Below, one piece after another: positions 55,226 through 56,049 of a stretch of 56,049 nt of DNA (position 1 is the first letter of the stretch; each line of letters opens with the position of its first letter). A model generated the notes under the pieces. It was not told the DNA's origin. It was given only the letters and a program-made list of their open reading frames with translations, and ran no database searches. The DNA is from a virus. Taxonomy: Duplodnaviria; Caudoviricetes. The translations under genes were made by a program, and so were the position numbers. The stretch covers positions 1 through 56,049 of IMG/VR virus record IMGVR_UViG_3300048121_000547; one strand, 5' to 3'.

Positions 55226-55708
55226 ATGAGCGAAGATACAAATGTAAACGGTTCTATCAAGCGCACTCCTCGCGCAAACCAAACTCGGGAAAAAACGGCG
55301 CAGCGTAAGCCGTGGGCTCCCCCATCTATGTTGGATGCACCGCCTGCACCGGAAGGTTTTAAGCATCGTTGGATTCGTGCGGAAACGCGCGGATATGATG
55401 ATCGAAAAAACATCAGCGCAAAAATGCGCGAAGGTTGGGAACTTGTTCGTCAAGACGAATACCCTGACTTTGAGTCCCCGGTAGTTGAATCAGGAAAATA
55501 TGAGGGTGTGTTTGGAGTGGGTGGCTTAATGCTGGCTCGCATTCCTGTCGAAACAATTCAAGAGCGTACCGAATACTTTAAGCAGCGTAATGCTGACCAA
55601 ATGGAAGCTGTTGATTCTGACATGATGCGCGAGAACGCACATTCAACCATGACGATTCATAAACCGGATCGTCAGTCTCGTGTAACCTTTGGCGGTCCTC
55701 GAAAATAA
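55226..55708 (+). CDS. Conserved head-module protein
   Basis: 160 aa, W.PPS.LDAP..GFKHRWIR..REGWELV. Confidence 0.75.
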   Translation: MSEDTNVNGSIKRTPRANQTREKTAQRKPWAPPSMLDAPPAPEGFKHRWIRAETRGYDDRKNISAKMREGWELVRQDEYPDFESPVVESGKYEGVFGVGGLMLARIPVETIQERTEYFKQRNADQMEAVDSDMMRENAHSTMTIHKPDRQSRVTFGGPRK

Positions 55709-55735
55709 GGGCCTCCTATTTAGGAGAAAAATCTT

Positions 55736-56049
55736 ATGGCAAACCAAAACACTGCCTACGGTCTTCGTCCTATCGGTCTTGTTGGCTCGGGCGCAAACTC
55801 TACTGGTGTAACTCAGTACGAAATTGCGTCTAACAACACTAACCCAATTTTTCAATATTCGCTCTGTGTCCCTACGGCCGCAGGCGTTGTTGACCACGCA
55901 GGCGCTACCAACGGTGGCACTAATCCTGCATTGGGTGTTCTGATGGGCGTAGAATATCAAGACGCAACGCAAAAGAAACCTGTGTTTCTAAATTACTGGC
56001 CCGGTTCCGGTGCGGTTAGCGTCGATACAAACTACCCTGTAAAAGCTTT
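55736..56049 (+). CDS. 5' part of capsid cement/decoration-like protein (continues at the window start to 477)
   Basis: AGGAG RBS; MANQNTAYGLRPIG; open to the window end. Confidence 0.78.
   Translation, partial: MANQNTAYGLRPIGLVGSGANSTGVTQYEIASNNTNPIFQYSLCVPTAAGVVDHAGATNGGTNPALGVLMGVEYQDATQKKPVFLNYWPGSGAVSVDTNYPVKA
55910..56049. repeat. Terminal direct repeat (copy 2)
   Basis: Matches 1-140 with one mismatch. Confidence 0.97.

Noticed and set aside
123-55972. Numerous minus-strand and nested ORFs in the track
   Set aside because: They are shadows of well-supported + genes and lack RBSs or motifs; only the SNF2 helicase is accepted on the minus strand

Overview
This window is an apparently complete, circularly assembled dsDNA tailed-phage genome. 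Bases 1-140 repeat at 55910-56049 with one mismatch, giving a unit length of about 55.9 kb. The organisation is podovirus-like and the host is probably a marine alphaproteobacterium (Rhodobacteraceae-like, inferred only). Nearly all genes are on the + strand. Gene order: capsid cement and MCP; small basic proteins; neck, tail and three tail-fibre genes; six large internal/ejection proteins, the last with a lytic transglycosylase; a lone minus-strand SNF2 helicase; a replication operon (SSB, AEP primase, UvrD-like helicase, Leu762 PolA); an accessory/early region of small genes; an iteron-rich putative origin; terS; a cassette-like early block; terL; portal; lysis genes; GroES; scaffold. No integrase, RNA polymerase, RNR, tRNA or CRISPR array was recognised. 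The most notable signal is an unannotated regulatory layer. (1) A ~65-nt sRNA with its own promoter and terminator (38563-38626) displays an anti-Shine-Dalgarno loop complementary to a TTGGAGAATGT motif at the RBS of six early genes. (2) A structured intergenic RNA (40819-40899) has a perfect 22-nt kissing-loop complement inside an upstream gene. (3) A TCCCATA-type heptamer operator is repeated at about 11 promoters, next to an unannotated ribbon-helix-helix gene. (4) A double-pseudoknot leader follows the MCP gene. All protein calls come from motif recognition by eye; no searches were run.
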